Source: Candidatus Poribacteria bacterium
GTDB lineage: Bacteria; Poribacteria; WGA-4E; PCPOR2b
NCBI GenBank assembly: GCA_965208675.1
Contig: OZ242351.1
Span: forward strand, 1,472,001-1,536,000
Reading direction: 5' to 3'
DNA length: 64,000 nt
Positions 1 through 9,945 of the stretch are shown in pieces. The notes beneath the pieces are model-generated. The model was not told the DNA's origin, made no database searches, and worked only from the letters and a program-made list of their open reading frames with translations. The translations under genes were made by a program, and so were the position numbers. Every line of letters begins with the position of its first letter. Position 1 is the stretch's first letter.

Positions 1-3000
1 TGGCTAGCGACAATATCCAGACGCTGTTTGAATCACGGGACGGCGGATTTTGGGTGGGCACACGAGATAACGGTGTCAGTTTTGCTGATAGATTGTGGAG
101 ATCAATTACGACAAATGACGGATTGAGCGATAACCAAGTGATAACAATGTTGACGGATGGCGGCGGGACAACTTGGGTAGGCACTCGCAGCGGGTTGGTT
201 CGGTATACTGGTAGGACTATCGAATCGGTAGAAGAACTACTGGGGCGCGGCATACGCGCGCTCGCCGAAGATGCCGAGGGGCGGCTTTGGGTTGGAACAG
301 ATTCGGGAATTGTAGTATTTAGTCTATTATCGGATGAGCCTTCCATATGGCGCCGTTTTCGAAGAGAGGATGGGCTTAATCACGACAGCATTCAATCCTT
401 GGTCGTTGACGCAGCGGGTGATATTTGGGTGGGTTCAGGAATTTTGCTCCCCGATGAAACGGGCTTCCTCCCCGGTCTAGATCGATTTGACGGCGACCAA
501 TGGCGTGCTGAAGAAGACATTTTTCAGGAAATCGGCAAAATAGTCATCGTGATGTCTTCAGATTCACGAGAACGTCTATATTTTGGCACTGTTGGCAGCT
601 CCACTAACGGTAGCGAGTTGTGGGTTTACGATGGTGGAATTTTGAAAGAAATTAGTGCGAATTTTAACGGTTCCATCAATACTGTCATGGAATCCACTGA
701 CGGCAACCTTTGGATTGGGACAAGTGATGGCATCCTGATTTTAGATGGAGAGACGCTACAGCAGAAGAATCGACTGACGACTGATGATGGATTGGTAGAT
801 AACCGTGTACAAGCGTTTTACCGAGATGATCCCGATGGCATGTGGATTGGCACGGCCGATGGGGTCAGTTTATTTCAGAACAATTCATTTGCGCGCTCAC
901 TCACGGCTAGCGACGGTTTAAACAGCAATAACATCTCTGTCATCATCAAACCGGCTGATGGCGTGCTCTGGTTTGGGAGTAAGGATAACGGCGGCGTCAG
1001 CCATTTTAATCAGGAGATGATACCGCCAACCACTCGCATTATCGAAGGTCCCACAAACGGTGAAATTGTTGGAGAAACGAGCGTTATCTTCAAGTTTGAA
1101 GGGGGAGATCTTAGCACGCCAACCCCGGAACTTCGCTATCAATACAAACTTGATGACAACCTCCCAATGCCTACCGACGATGACGGTTTTTCAATTCGTG
1201 TTTCGCTGTCAGGCCTGACGGAAGGCGGCCATCGATTCATCGTTCAAGCGATGGATCGAGAGGGCAACCCGGATCTGCTTGGTGCGCAGGCTGAATTTGT
1301 TATCGATTCGAAACCGCCAACGGTTCTCATAACCAATCCGAAGCCCGGTGCGGTCATCAAGGGAGTTTATGGAATCGAGGGTAGCGCGACCGATACGGAT
1401 TTTCACGATTACGAGATTCAGATTTCGGGGCAGTCTGTGTTCACCTCAAACCAACCTGTGGACAGAAATACGCTCTATCGGTGGAATACGCAAACCGTAC
1501 CCGACGGCACATACAATATTCGGCTCACCGCGCGAGATACACCAAACGGCGACTATGACCGGCAACATCGCGCCGAGGAGATAATAACCGTCGAAGTAGA
1601 CAACACCTTGCCCGGTGCAAAAATTAAGCAACCGTTACCTGACGCTACAGTTTCGGGCGAAACCGATGTGGAAATCGAACTGACCGACCTTCATCTGATG
1701 AGCTATCGGTTAGAATTCACACGTACAGCATTGACAACGGACACGCCGGAAGTTTTTGCATCGGGTTCAATCTTCGACAGTCCATTATCTATTGTGAAAC
1801 AGGTACCGTGGAATTCATCAACCGTGTATGGCCATGTAATGCTTCGGGCAGCAGTTGCAGACGCAGCGGGAAACGAAGGGGTGTCAGAAGCTGTGCCCAT
1901 TTTCCTCGACAATGAAGGCGCTAAGCCAGTTGTTGAGATTCACCGACCGGATGGGATTAATCCGATTGCGAAGGAAACAGCCGTTACCGGAACAGTCGGC
2001 GTTGGCACAGCGCCCGACACCTTCATTGAAAACATCAATCTCGAATACCGACATGCAGAAAACCTCCAGGGTTGGAAGCCGCTGCGGAGCGGCCGTCTTA
2101 CTTTGAACAACGAAGAGATTACACGATGGGACACTACTCCGCTGCCTGACGGCGATTATCTGTTACGATTATCAGCAAAGGATAGCAACGGATACACGTC
2201 TAATTTCGAGCGCATGGTAATTTTGGATAATACACCGCCGACGGGCGTCATCAGATTGCCGCAGGATGGGGATGTTCGAAAAGCAGAGCGTATCGACGTA
2301 ATTGGTACGGCGACGGATGAAAATTTCGAAAACTTCGAGCTAGAATATTCTGAAGGTGGTGAAACATGGACACCGATTCCAGGATTGAGCACCTCTGTTG
2401 AATCAGGACGACTGGGAACCTGGAACGCGGAAGACCTACCCGGCGGCGCTTATCGGCTGCGTCTCACTGTCTCCGATAAAGCGGGTCTAGAAACGGTGAC
2501 AGAGATCGGCGTGGTGCTTGATGACTCGGATGTTGTTGCGTCAATTACCTCACCCAAGCAAGATGATTACGTCAGCGGTCAAGTAAGAATTATAGGCACA
2601 GCGAACGATCCAAATTTTAATCGATTTCAACTGGAATTCCGGCCTATGGGCCAAAACGGTGCATGGCGACCAATTCCGGATTTGTTCAGCCCCAATCAAC
2701 CCAAAGAAAACGAACCTCTCGCAGATTGGAATACCCCTCAAGTTGATGAGAGCTACGAAGTCCGATTGACGGCATTCGATGATTCGGGAAGAAGCGATAG
2801 GCGCACCGTTCCGGTGCACGTTGATAATCTTAAACCAAGCGCACAAATTTTCAAGGTTCAATCCCTGCGTGCGGAATCTCAAGATTCACAGCTACTGTCG
2901 GGCGAAGTCGAAATTATCGGTGAAGCTACCGATGTCCACTTCAAAGACTTTCGCTTAGATTATCGCCCTACCGACAACAGCGATAATTGGCAACCAATTC

Positions 3001-4493
3001 CAGTGCTGAATTCCACAAGGCCTCGACGGAACACGACGCTCGCTATTTGGAGGAATACGCCGCAAATTGATGGCGAGTACGAAATTCGCCTGGTAGTTGA
3101 GGATAAATCGGGTAAGTCAAATCCGGCTATCAAACGCGTCGAAATTGACAACCAATCTCCGGACGTTGAAATCTCTCAGCCTAGTAATCGTCAGTTGGTG
3201 TCCGGCACAATTGAAATTATCGGTACAGCGAGCGATAAATATCTTGAAGCATATCAACTAGATTTCAGAGCCGAGGGCACTAGCGACTGGCAGCAGATTA
3301 TTCGCGACAACCAGCCCAAGCAAGCGGCGGTCTTGGGAAAATGGGAACCGCCGAAGGTGGATGACGTGTATGAAATCCGCTTGCTAGCTTTTGATATTGA
3401 TGGGTCAAGACAACCAAGTGAGGCAATCGTGCAGGTCCTCGTTGATAGGCTGCCGCCGCAAGCGGAAATTCACTCTCCTACAGCAAATCAACAGCTACCC
3501 CGAAAGGTTGACATTCTGGGAACAGCGGATGATCGAAATTTCAATGGATACGTTATCGAATACAGCGGCGGGCAATCACCCGATATCTGGCGGCCGATTT
3601 CCAAAACGGGGTTTTTGAAACCCGTGTACGAAGGACTCCTAGCAGAATGGAGCGTCCCCGAATTTTCGTCCGGCGAGTATTCACTGCGGCTGCGTGTAAC
3701 GGATGACGCCGGCCATCAGAGCACCGCTCATGTCAAAGTGTTTTTCCGCGAGCGTGTGGAGCGCCAAGATAATAGTGCTGTGCAGAGTGAAGATGGAATC
3801 GCCAAAATTGTCTTTCCGCCAAACAGCTTGCCAGAATCGACTTACGTGACTATAAATCCAGTGCCATCGGCGAATGTTTCGTCCTCATCCTCCAGAGATG
3901 AGATGTTGAGGCCCGGTGGATCGCCAACTATCATTCCACGTTTCGATACCATCTACAATTTTGAACCGAAAAATTTGCAGCTTCACCGCCTCAAACCAGC
4001 AACAATGGAGTTTTCCGTGCACGGACTCACAGCGGCCACGCGAAATGAAGCATTAATAATTTCTCGCCGGGATGGCGAGCGGTGGAAACCCATCGGCGGC
4101 ACAATCAATACGCGGCTGGGCACGATTTCGACGGTTGTATCAGAGTTAGGGCAGTACGCCGTAACAACATTACCTCCCGTGGAAATAGACGGGGACGTAA
4201 TCATCTCCGACCTAACCTGCCAACCGCGCCTCTTTTCGCCAAACAATGACGAATCAACATCAATCTCGTTTCGATTAAATCAGCCAACTAATGTCACGGT
4301 GCGAATCTACAATGCGGCAGGACGGCTGCGGCGGAATCTAAGAGAATCAGAACCGCTTTCGACGGGGCGGCATGTCTTTTGGTGGGATGGGCGCGACGAC
4401 GATATGCGGCGGGTTGCCAGCAATTTTTACATTGTTACGGTTGAAGCTGAAGGAGCGTTAGAGCGAAAAACCGTTATCGTACAGAACAATTAA
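1..4493 (+). CDS. Large secreted protein, 5' partial: two-component-regulator-type beta-propeller repeats, Y_Y_Y-like domain, ~8 Ig-like (Big) repeats, C-terminal FlgD-Ig/T9SS-like sorting domain
   Basis: Frame is open upstream of the ORF-track start at 54 (ASDNIQTLFESRDGGFWVGT). Repeated DGLxxNxV...D..G.LWIGT motifs, ~100-aa repeats starting DNxxPxxxIxxP, and C-terminal PRLFSPN...IYNAAGRLRR...WDGRDD motif. Confidence 0.85.
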   Translation, partial: ASDNIQTLFESRDGGFWVGTRDNGVSFADRLWRSITTNDGLSDNQVITMLTDGGGTTWVGTRSGLVRYTGRTIESVEELLGRGIRALAEDAEGRLWVGTDSGIVVFSLLSDEPSIWRRFRREDGLNHDSIQSLVVDAAGDIWVGSGILLPDETGFLPGLDRFDGDQWRAEEDIFQEIGKIVIVMSSDSRERLYFGTVGSSTNGSELWVYDGGILKEISANFNGSINTVMESTDGNLWIGTSDGILILDGETLQQKNRLTTDDGLVDNRVQAFYRDDPDGMWIGTADGVSLFQNNSFARSLTASDGLNSNNISVIIKPADGVLWFGSKDNGGVSHFNQEMIPPTTRIIEGPTNGEIVGETSVIFKFEGGDLSTPTPELRYQYKLDDNLPMPTDDDGFSIRVSLSGLTEGGHRFIVQAMDREGNPDLLGAQAEFVIDSKPPTVLITNPKPGAVIKGVYGIEGSATDTDFHDYEIQISGQSVFTSNQPVDRNTLYRWNTQTVPDGTYNIRLTARDTPNGDYDRQHRAEEIITVEVDNTLPGAKIKQPLPDATVSGETDVEIELTDLHLMSYRLEFTRTALTTDTPEVFASGSIFDSPLSIVKQVPWNSSTVYGHVMLRAAVADAAGNEGVSEAVPIFLDNEGAKPVVEIHRPDGINPIAKETAVTGTVGVGTAPDTFIENINLEYRHAENLQGWKPLRSGRLTLNNEEITRWDTTPLPDGDYLLRLSAKDSNGYTSNFERMVILDNTPPTGVIRLPQDGDVRKAERIDVIGTATDENFENFELEYSEGGETWTPIPGLSTSVESGRLGTWNAEDLPGGAYRLRLTVSDKAGLETVTEIGVVLDDSDVVASITSPKQDDYVSGQVRIIGTANDPNFNRFQLEFRPMGQNGAWRPIPDLFSPNQPKENEPLADWNTPQVDESYEVRLTAFDDSGRSDRRTVPVHVDNLKPSAQIFKVQSLRAESQDSQLLSGEVEIIGEATDVHFKDFRLDYRPTDNSDNWQPIPVLNSTRPRRNTTLAIWRNTPQIDGEYEIRLVVEDKSGKSNPAIKRVEIDNQSPDVEISQPSNRQLVSGTIEIIGTASDKYLEAYQLDFRAEGTSDWQQIIRDNQPKQAAVLGKWEPPKVDDVYEIRLLAFDIDGSRQPSEAIVQVLVDRLPPQAEIHSPTANQQLPRKVDILGTADDRNFNGYVIEYSGGQSPDIWRPISKTGFLKPVYEGLLAEWSVPEFSSGEYSLRLRVTDDAGHQSTAHVKVFFRERVERQDNSAVQSEDGIAKIVFPPNSLPESTYVTINPVPSANVSSSSSRDEMLRPGGSPTIIPRFDTIYNFEPKNLQLHRLKPATMEFSVHGLTAATRNEALIISRRDGERWKPIGGTINTRLGTISTVVSELGQYAVTTLPPVEIDGDVIISDLTCQPRLFSPNNDESTSISFRLNQPTNVTVRIYNAAGRLRRNLRESEPLSTGRHVFWWDGRDDDMRRVASNFYIVTVEAEGALERKTVIVQNN

Positions 4494-4496
4494 CGA

Positions 4497-6653
4497 GTGA
4501 CATCCGTCTCGATGACATGGACATCCAAAACGGTCTTGACAAAACCGGGCACACTTCGCATAATATCCACGATGCGATGCTGTTTTTTTATAATTTTTAT
4601 GTTCGCGTCGGCGAGTGCAATTTACGCCCTCGAAGAAAGAGCGTCCACCGGCGTGCGTGCCATCGGCATGGGAGAAGCGTTTATCGGCGTCGCGGACGAT
4701 GAGAACAGTGTTCGCAGAAATCCCGCGGGGCTTGTCCGATTGGACAGATACGCCCTCGGATTTGAACAGACGCCATCGAAGTTGTTCGGTGTGTTGGAAA
4801 CCAACTGTCTCAGCGCAGTCTTGCCAGCGTCGGAAAAAACTGCGTTGGGTATTGATTGGACCCAAGTCGGGATCGTGGATGAGGAACTCGATTCAAGGCG
4901 CAACAGTTTCAACTTTTCTTACAGCTACTCTCCTCTGTCCCTGCTGTCGATTGGGGCAAACCTGAAATACCTGACATGGGGTATTACGCTCGACAAACAA
5001 TCTGAAGGCAACGCCACCGGATGGGGAACGGACATTGGCGTACTTCTTCAACCAAACCGTAGTTGGACATTTGGATTCTTGGTGCAGGATTTAATCGGTT
5101 TTGGCGCCGGACAAGGCTTTAGCCGCGACACGTGGATTCGACACGACACCGGGGTTAGCGAAAAGGTATTCCCGACAAGGTATAAGCTGGGAGCGGCTTA
5201 TCGCCCCATACCCAATTGGCTCATTGCCGCGGATGTTACGGACCGCTTGCATTTAGGTGCGGAGTTTCTGCCATACGGGGATTTTGCTATTCGCGCCGGA
5301 TTCCAAAAAGATTTGGCATCGCCTGAATCACCAAGTTATTCGTTGGGTGGACGGGTAACATATCGATGGTTGGATTTCAATGCCGCGTATCTCATTCCCC
5401 CAACCTTGCCGCCTACAGTTTATGTTGGTCTTTCGCTCAACATAGATTTTCGACGGTTGCCGGTGCGGATTGAGCAGGTTCGTATAAAAGACCTCTATCC
5501 GGTCCATTATAATTACTACGCTTCGACAAATAGGGATGTTGAAGCCGTTGTCTTGGATGAGCCCATCACGCCGCCTGTGTTTACCGATGCCGACCGGGAT
5601 CGGTACTATCCACTAATGCCGCGAGATTCGATCGGCAGGATTTGGCTAAAAAATGAGAGTAACGAACCGGTGACTGTCAGGATTGAATTGTTCATACCAC
5701 AGATTGTCGCCAATGACGGCACGGTAGTTGCATCTGATATTGAATTGGAACCCTTGCAGAGGGTTTCTGTGCCGATGCGCCAGCTGGTTTTATCACGCGA
5801 CGCCCTAGCGTTAACCCAAGCACGGCCTGTCGAAGCGAGGGTCAAAGTCATTGAGAGCGGTGGAAGTGCATACCGGACGGACACTGTCACTTTAAAGTTG
5901 CACGGCAACCATACAACACGGCTAGATGATGTCGCAAAACTCGGATCATTCATCTCCTCCGAGGACGCGGCAATCCAAGCCTTTATAAATTCCATTCGTA
6001 CGGTGTTTAACGCCAGGATTGAATCAAACACGGTGCCGCGCAACTTGTATACGGCTATGCTATTGTTTAACGCCTTGCATGGCGTGTCTTATGCGACCGA
6101 TCCAAATATACCGGGTGACAGCGGCACCATAGACGAGATCAAATACCCTTACGAGATGCTCGAACGCCTCAAAGGGCAATTCAGCGGAGATGGCGGAGTT
6201 CATGCTTTCGGAGATTGCGACGACAGCACGGCGCTATATTGTTCGCTGCTAGAATCGGCCGGGATACAGACAGCACTCATCCAGCTTCCTAACCATGTGA
6301 TGATGGCGTTCGATTTGGGGCAAGTTTCTCTCGATTGGGCGGAAACGGTGGATTTGCCTGATAGTTACTACCAGCCTATTAACGGGCAGGTTTGGATTCC
6401 CATCGAGACAACGCTTATCAAAGACGGATTCATCTCGGCATGGCAAACGGCAATTGAAGAAATTCGAGCAAAGGGGGTTATTGATTCATCTACGGTTGAA
6501 GACGCTTGGGCGAAATACGGAGCGAGTTCCTTGCGCGGAGCAGAAAGACATTTTTCTATTCCTGAAAGTCGAATTAGATCTCGGATAGACGGCGATTTAG
6601 CACATCCGTGGTTTCAGGGTTTTTTGGAATTTTTCTCTCAGGCGCCGCCATAG
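4497..6653 (+). CDS. PorV/FadL-like outer-membrane barrel fused to a C-terminal transglutaminase-like domain
   Basis: GVRAIGMGEAFIGVADD...NPAGL N-terminal PorV-type motif and alternating barrel strands. C-terminal GDCDD / NHVM / WIPIET Cys-His-acid triad. Likely true start is ATG 4572, followed by a signal peptide. Confidence 0.75.
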   Translation: MTSVSMTWTSKTVLTKPGTLRIISTMRCCFFIIFMFASASAIYALEERASTGVRAIGMGEAFIGVADDENSVRRNPAGLVRLDRYALGFEQTPSKLFGVLETNCLSAVLPASEKTALGIDWTQVGIVDEELDSRRNSFNFSYSYSPLSLLSIGANLKYLTWGITLDKQSEGNATGWGTDIGVLLQPNRSWTFGFLVQDLIGFGAGQGFSRDTWIRHDTGVSEKVFPTRYKLGAAYRPIPNWLIAADVTDRLHLGAEFLPYGDFAIRAGFQKDLASPESPSYSLGGRVTYRWLDFNAAYLIPPTLPPTVYVGLSLNIDFRRLPVRIEQVRIKDLYPVHYNYYASTNRDVEAVVLDEPITPPVFTDADRDRYYPLMPRDSIGRIWLKNESNEPVTVRIELFIPQIVANDGTVVASDIELEPLQRVSVPMRQLVLSRDALALTQARPVEARVKVIESGGSAYRTDTVTLKLHGNHTTRLDDVAKLGSFISSEDAAIQAFINSIRTVFNARIESNTVPRNLYTAMLLFNALHGVSYATDPNIPGDSGTIDEIKYPYEMLERLKGQFSGDGGVHAFGDCDDSTALYCSLLESAGIQTALIQLPNHVMMAFDLGQVSLDWAETVDLPDSYYQPINGQVWIPIETTLIKDGFISAWQTAIEEIRAKGVIDSSTVEDAWAKYGASSLRGAERHFSIPESRIRSRIDGDLAHPWFQGFLEFFSQAPP

Positions 6654-6877
6654 AACACAATCGGGCGCAATTGGTTTGTAGGTTGGTGTTAGCCAAGTTG
6701 ATGTGCGGCGCTCGGAACGGTTAACGCCGTACGAACAGTTTTGGAATTCCCCGCTCCACCCAACCAATAAAAACTGGCATAAATTGTCTATCCCCCAGTA
6801 GAACCGCGGGTGATTGTTGATTTCAATATGGCGTTACGTTAGTCACGCAATTTTTACACCAAAGGAGGACAACTACC

Positions 6878-7777
6878 ATGAAGCGAAAATACCCAATTCT
6901 TCTCATAATTTGCTGCTTGTTCGTGATTGCGGCTCATCCCGATTCGCAGGCGGAAGATACGGTAACCGCCACATTCACCTTTGGAAAGATTGAGGTGCTT
7001 AAATCCGGTGAACGGGAATGGGCTTTCTTGGAAAAAGGCGCGGTCTTGAACAACAGTGACCTCGTGCGTATGCCGCCGTACTCGTTAATTCGGCTAAAGG
7101 ATGCGGACGAGATGCTTTTGCCGACACTTCCGGGAGGGCGCGAACTGCCTATCAGCGGTTTAATCGAGGAGGGGCGCCAACGCAGGAATGAATCCAAAGG
7201 CAAGCGTGTCAGTGCGCCATTTGACAGCCGCCCTGCAATTGATGTGCTGCCACTTGGCAACATACCAAAAGGGGAAAACCGCTTAGAGGCGCCTGCCGCC
7301 ACTCAGCCAACGCCGCTGATGCGGGGTGAACTGGAAGCGCTTCGCCGCGAACTCGACTCACTTCCTGAAAAATTTGTGTCTTTCATCTCTCGAAGTCTCC
7401 TGCCGGATAATCATGCGAGGGAAGATGCGTATCCCAGTACAAATCTATCTCGGGCACTTAAACTCTATTACGGCACACTCAGAGAAATTGAGGCGAAAAC
7501 GGAAGCGGCTTCAAATCGTTCCCTCTTGTACGCCCAGCTGCTTCGCCGGATTGAGATTGACGCAGATCTTGTAGTGAACAGCAAGGGCGAACTTTTCGTT
7601 GTTTTTGATACCGGTGTTCCCGTCAATGGGAGTAAACGGATCACCGCCAATCATCAGCTCATTCACCAAAAATCGGGGGCAAATACCGTTTGGATTCCTC
7701 TTCAGATTGCGCCTCGTCGACAGAATTTCACAACCGCATGGTATACAGCCGGACGGAACCTGGAGGACGGACTATAG
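6878..7777 (+). CDS. Secreted protein with FecR-like N-terminus and degenerate transglutaminase-like C-terminus
   Basis: Signal peptide and RBS aaggagg. GKIEV...W..LEKGAVL...D.VR FecR-like segment. LLYAQLL...VFDTG...VWIPL...FTTAW parallels the C-terminus of the upstream protein. Confidence 0.6.
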   Translation: MKRKYPILLIICCLFVIAAHPDSQAEDTVTATFTFGKIEVLKSGEREWAFLEKGAVLNNSDLVRMPPYSLIRLKDADEMLLPTLPGGRELPISGLIEEGRQRRNESKGKRVSAPFDSRPAIDVLPLGNIPKGENRLEAPAATQPTPLMRGELEALRRELDSLPEKFVSFISRSLLPDNHAREDAYPSTNLSRALKLYYGTLREIEAKTEAASNRSLLYAQLLRRIEIDADLVVNSKGELFVVFDTGVPVNGSKRITANHQLIHQKSGANTVWIPLQIAPRRQNFTTAWYTAGRNLEDGL

Positions 7778-7849
7778 TAGTGCCACATTATCGGTTGATA
7801 TGGACATACTGGGAAAAATAGATACACTGGGTCTGTTTGGAGGTTCATT

Positions 7850-9850
7850 TTGTTCCGCGTTTTCCCCAATACGCATCATTTTATGTCCTTCAAATGGGTT
7901 CGTGCACAGAAAACATATCTGCTCATCGCGTCCGTGAGTCTCTTGCCGTTTATGGTAATGGGGTTGTTGCGCGAGTTTGAACTTTTTGAGTTTATAGAAC
8001 TACAAACGCTAGATGGACGGTTAGGCTTGCCGTCGAATCAACCACCGCAAATTTCTCGCCAAATTTCGCTCATTACGATTGATGCTGAAAGCGAAGAAAT
8101 TATTCAGCCGCTCCCGTGGCCGCCTCCCATTTATGCTTCGCTGCTAAATTACCTTCAAGAAGCGAATCCAAAGGCAATTGGTTTAATCGCTTGGTTCAAC
8201 CGCGAATGGCCGGGGGATCAACACCTTCCGCGTGAAAATTTGTTCGCCATCCGACCTTATACATCAGTAAGCAACGCCGGAAATCGACGTGCTTTTCCGG
8301 AGGTCACGAATTGGAACCAGTTGCCTCCCAGCCTGCAAAACGCGCAAGGCTCAAGTTTCAGCGAGTTTGCCTTGAACCGTTCCGATGGTATCTATCGTTC
8401 AGCCCAATTGGTTGTCAAACAGACCGCGGAAGAGGAATACCGCTACTCTCTCGAAATGTTAATTCTGTGTCAAATCCATGGCGTTCCAGCAACATCAATA
8501 AAGGTCAAAGAAGATTTTTGGAGCGGAAAATTTCTTCAATTGTCACTTCCATCCGGTGCACCGATTCGGATTCCTATTGATTTGCAAGGCAGGCTTTTCC
8601 TGAGATTTGCCGGAGACATTTCCGAATTCCAACCCACCTCCTTCATTCAGGCATTAACCCAGTCTGAGTCAGACATGCCAGGATTCCGGCGTAAATTTGA
8701 GGGGAAATCTGTGCTAATCGGCATTACAACGGCTAGCACCCCGCAGGCTTCGACGCCATTTGGAAAAATGTCTGCACTCGCACTCCGCGCTAATTTGCTT
8801 AACGCCTTGCTGAATCAAGATTTTATCTGGCGGTTGAGCGGCAAGGCAAACCTTCTCTATCTTGCATGTTTTGGTATCGCAGCCGCGATGGCTACAGTCC
8901 TTATCAGCAGAACCGGACTGAGCTACAGATTAATGTTACTCATCGCATGTGGATTGCTGCTCCTGCATCTCATTATTGCTTTTGCAATGATTGTGCTATA
9001 CAACATTTGGATTGAGTTAACTGCAACCAGCTTAGCCCTCATCCTGTGCGGTGTGGTGAGCAGCTTTTTCCTTGCGCATTTACGACTGCGTCAGCTTTTC
9101 TCGCAGTTACAGACGACGCGGGAAGAACTTGTCAGAGCCGAAAAAGAAGCGGTTTTTGGAGTGATGTCCGCGCGGGTACGGCACGAACTGCGAAACGCCC
9201 TAAACCTAGTTCGTGCACCTGCGGAAATGATTCGAAACAATTTCCAGAAACAAGATCCCTTGAAATTACGGGACCGCCCTGAGGAAATTATCGGCGAAAT
9301 GGACGGGATCATTGACCGAGTTACAAAACTGGATCAAATGATTGAAAATGAACTCAGTTTTTTTCAAAACACGCAGTTCAATTTTCAACAACAAGAACCG
9401 GAGCCGTTACTGAAATCTGCGTTGGAGATGGTGGAACCGTTGATTTCCGACAAACAGATTATTGTACAGTGGAATTATCCAAGTGACACGCCGAAACTCT
9501 CCGTGGACGCTGACAAAATGCGAATCGTCTTTGCGAACCTAATAAAAAACGCTTGCCAGGCTATGATGAAGGGCGGCGAATTACAAATCACCATTGAGAC
9601 TCCGTACGAATCATCCTCACAATTCGTAACTATCGTCCGAATCACGGATACCGGGGCTGGCATCCCCGCCGATGAATTAGAGCGAATTTTTGAGCCTTTT
9701 TACACGACAAAACCGCGTGGATTGGGGCTCGGATTGGTTAATGTTAAGAACATCGTCGAGGGACATGGCGGAGAGGTACGTGTGGAAAGCGTAGTGGGCA
9801 CCGGAACGACATTCTTTATCCAACTACCTGCAAATCAAGAAAAGGAGTAA
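7850..9850 (+). CDS. CHASE2-domain sensor histidine kinase
   Basis: ITID...PLPWP and KSVLIG CHASE2 motifs, three TM helices after the sensor domain, H-box HELRN, N-box NLIKNA, DTGAGI, FYTTK, GLGLGL. Confidence 0.92.
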   Translation: MFRVFPNTHHFMSFKWVRAQKTYLLIASVSLLPFMVMGLLREFELFEFIELQTLDGRLGLPSNQPPQISRQISLITIDAESEEIIQPLPWPPPIYASLLNYLQEANPKAIGLIAWFNREWPGDQHLPRENLFAIRPYTSVSNAGNRRAFPEVTNWNQLPPSLQNAQGSSFSEFALNRSDGIYRSAQLVVKQTAEEEYRYSLEMLILCQIHGVPATSIKVKEDFWSGKFLQLSLPSGAPIRIPIDLQGRLFLRFAGDISEFQPTSFIQALTQSESDMPGFRRKFEGKSVLIGITTASTPQASTPFGKMSALALRANLLNALLNQDFIWRLSGKANLLYLACFGIAAAMATVLISRTGLSYRLMLLIACGLLLLHLIIAFAMIVLYNIWIELTATSLALILCGVVSSFFLAHLRLRQLFSQLQTTREELVRAEKEAVFGVMSARVRHELRNALNLVRAPAEMIRNNFQKQDPLKLRDRPEEIIGEMDGIIDRVTKLDQMIENELSFFQNTQFNFQQQEPEPLLKSALEMVEPLISDKQIIVQWNYPSDTPKLSVDADKMRIVFANLIKNACQAMMKGGELQITIETPYESSSQFVTIVRITDTGAGIPADELERIFEPFYTTKPRGLGLGLVNVKNIVEGHGGEVRVESVVGTGTTFFIQLPANQEKE

Positions 9851-9945
9851 ACGTCAATAGTGACATGAGTGCATCAGTTCATAGCGCTCAAACTGTACCT
9901 TTTGAGCTATGGTTCCTTGAACTTGCGCTTCGCGTTTAAAGTTAC

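Noticed and set aside
449-459. ccccgatgaaa matching the core of the CRISPR-like repeat
   Set aside because: It lies inside a coding region and the flanks do not match, so it is a chance hit.
6678-6768. GTAG-type REP remnants (gtaggttgg...cccaacc, also cccgccctac near 11547)
   Set aside because: Too short and degenerate to define an element from this window alone.
6775-6789. Possible sigma54 promoter TGGCAT upstream of 6878
   Set aside because: No TTGC at the required -12 spacing.
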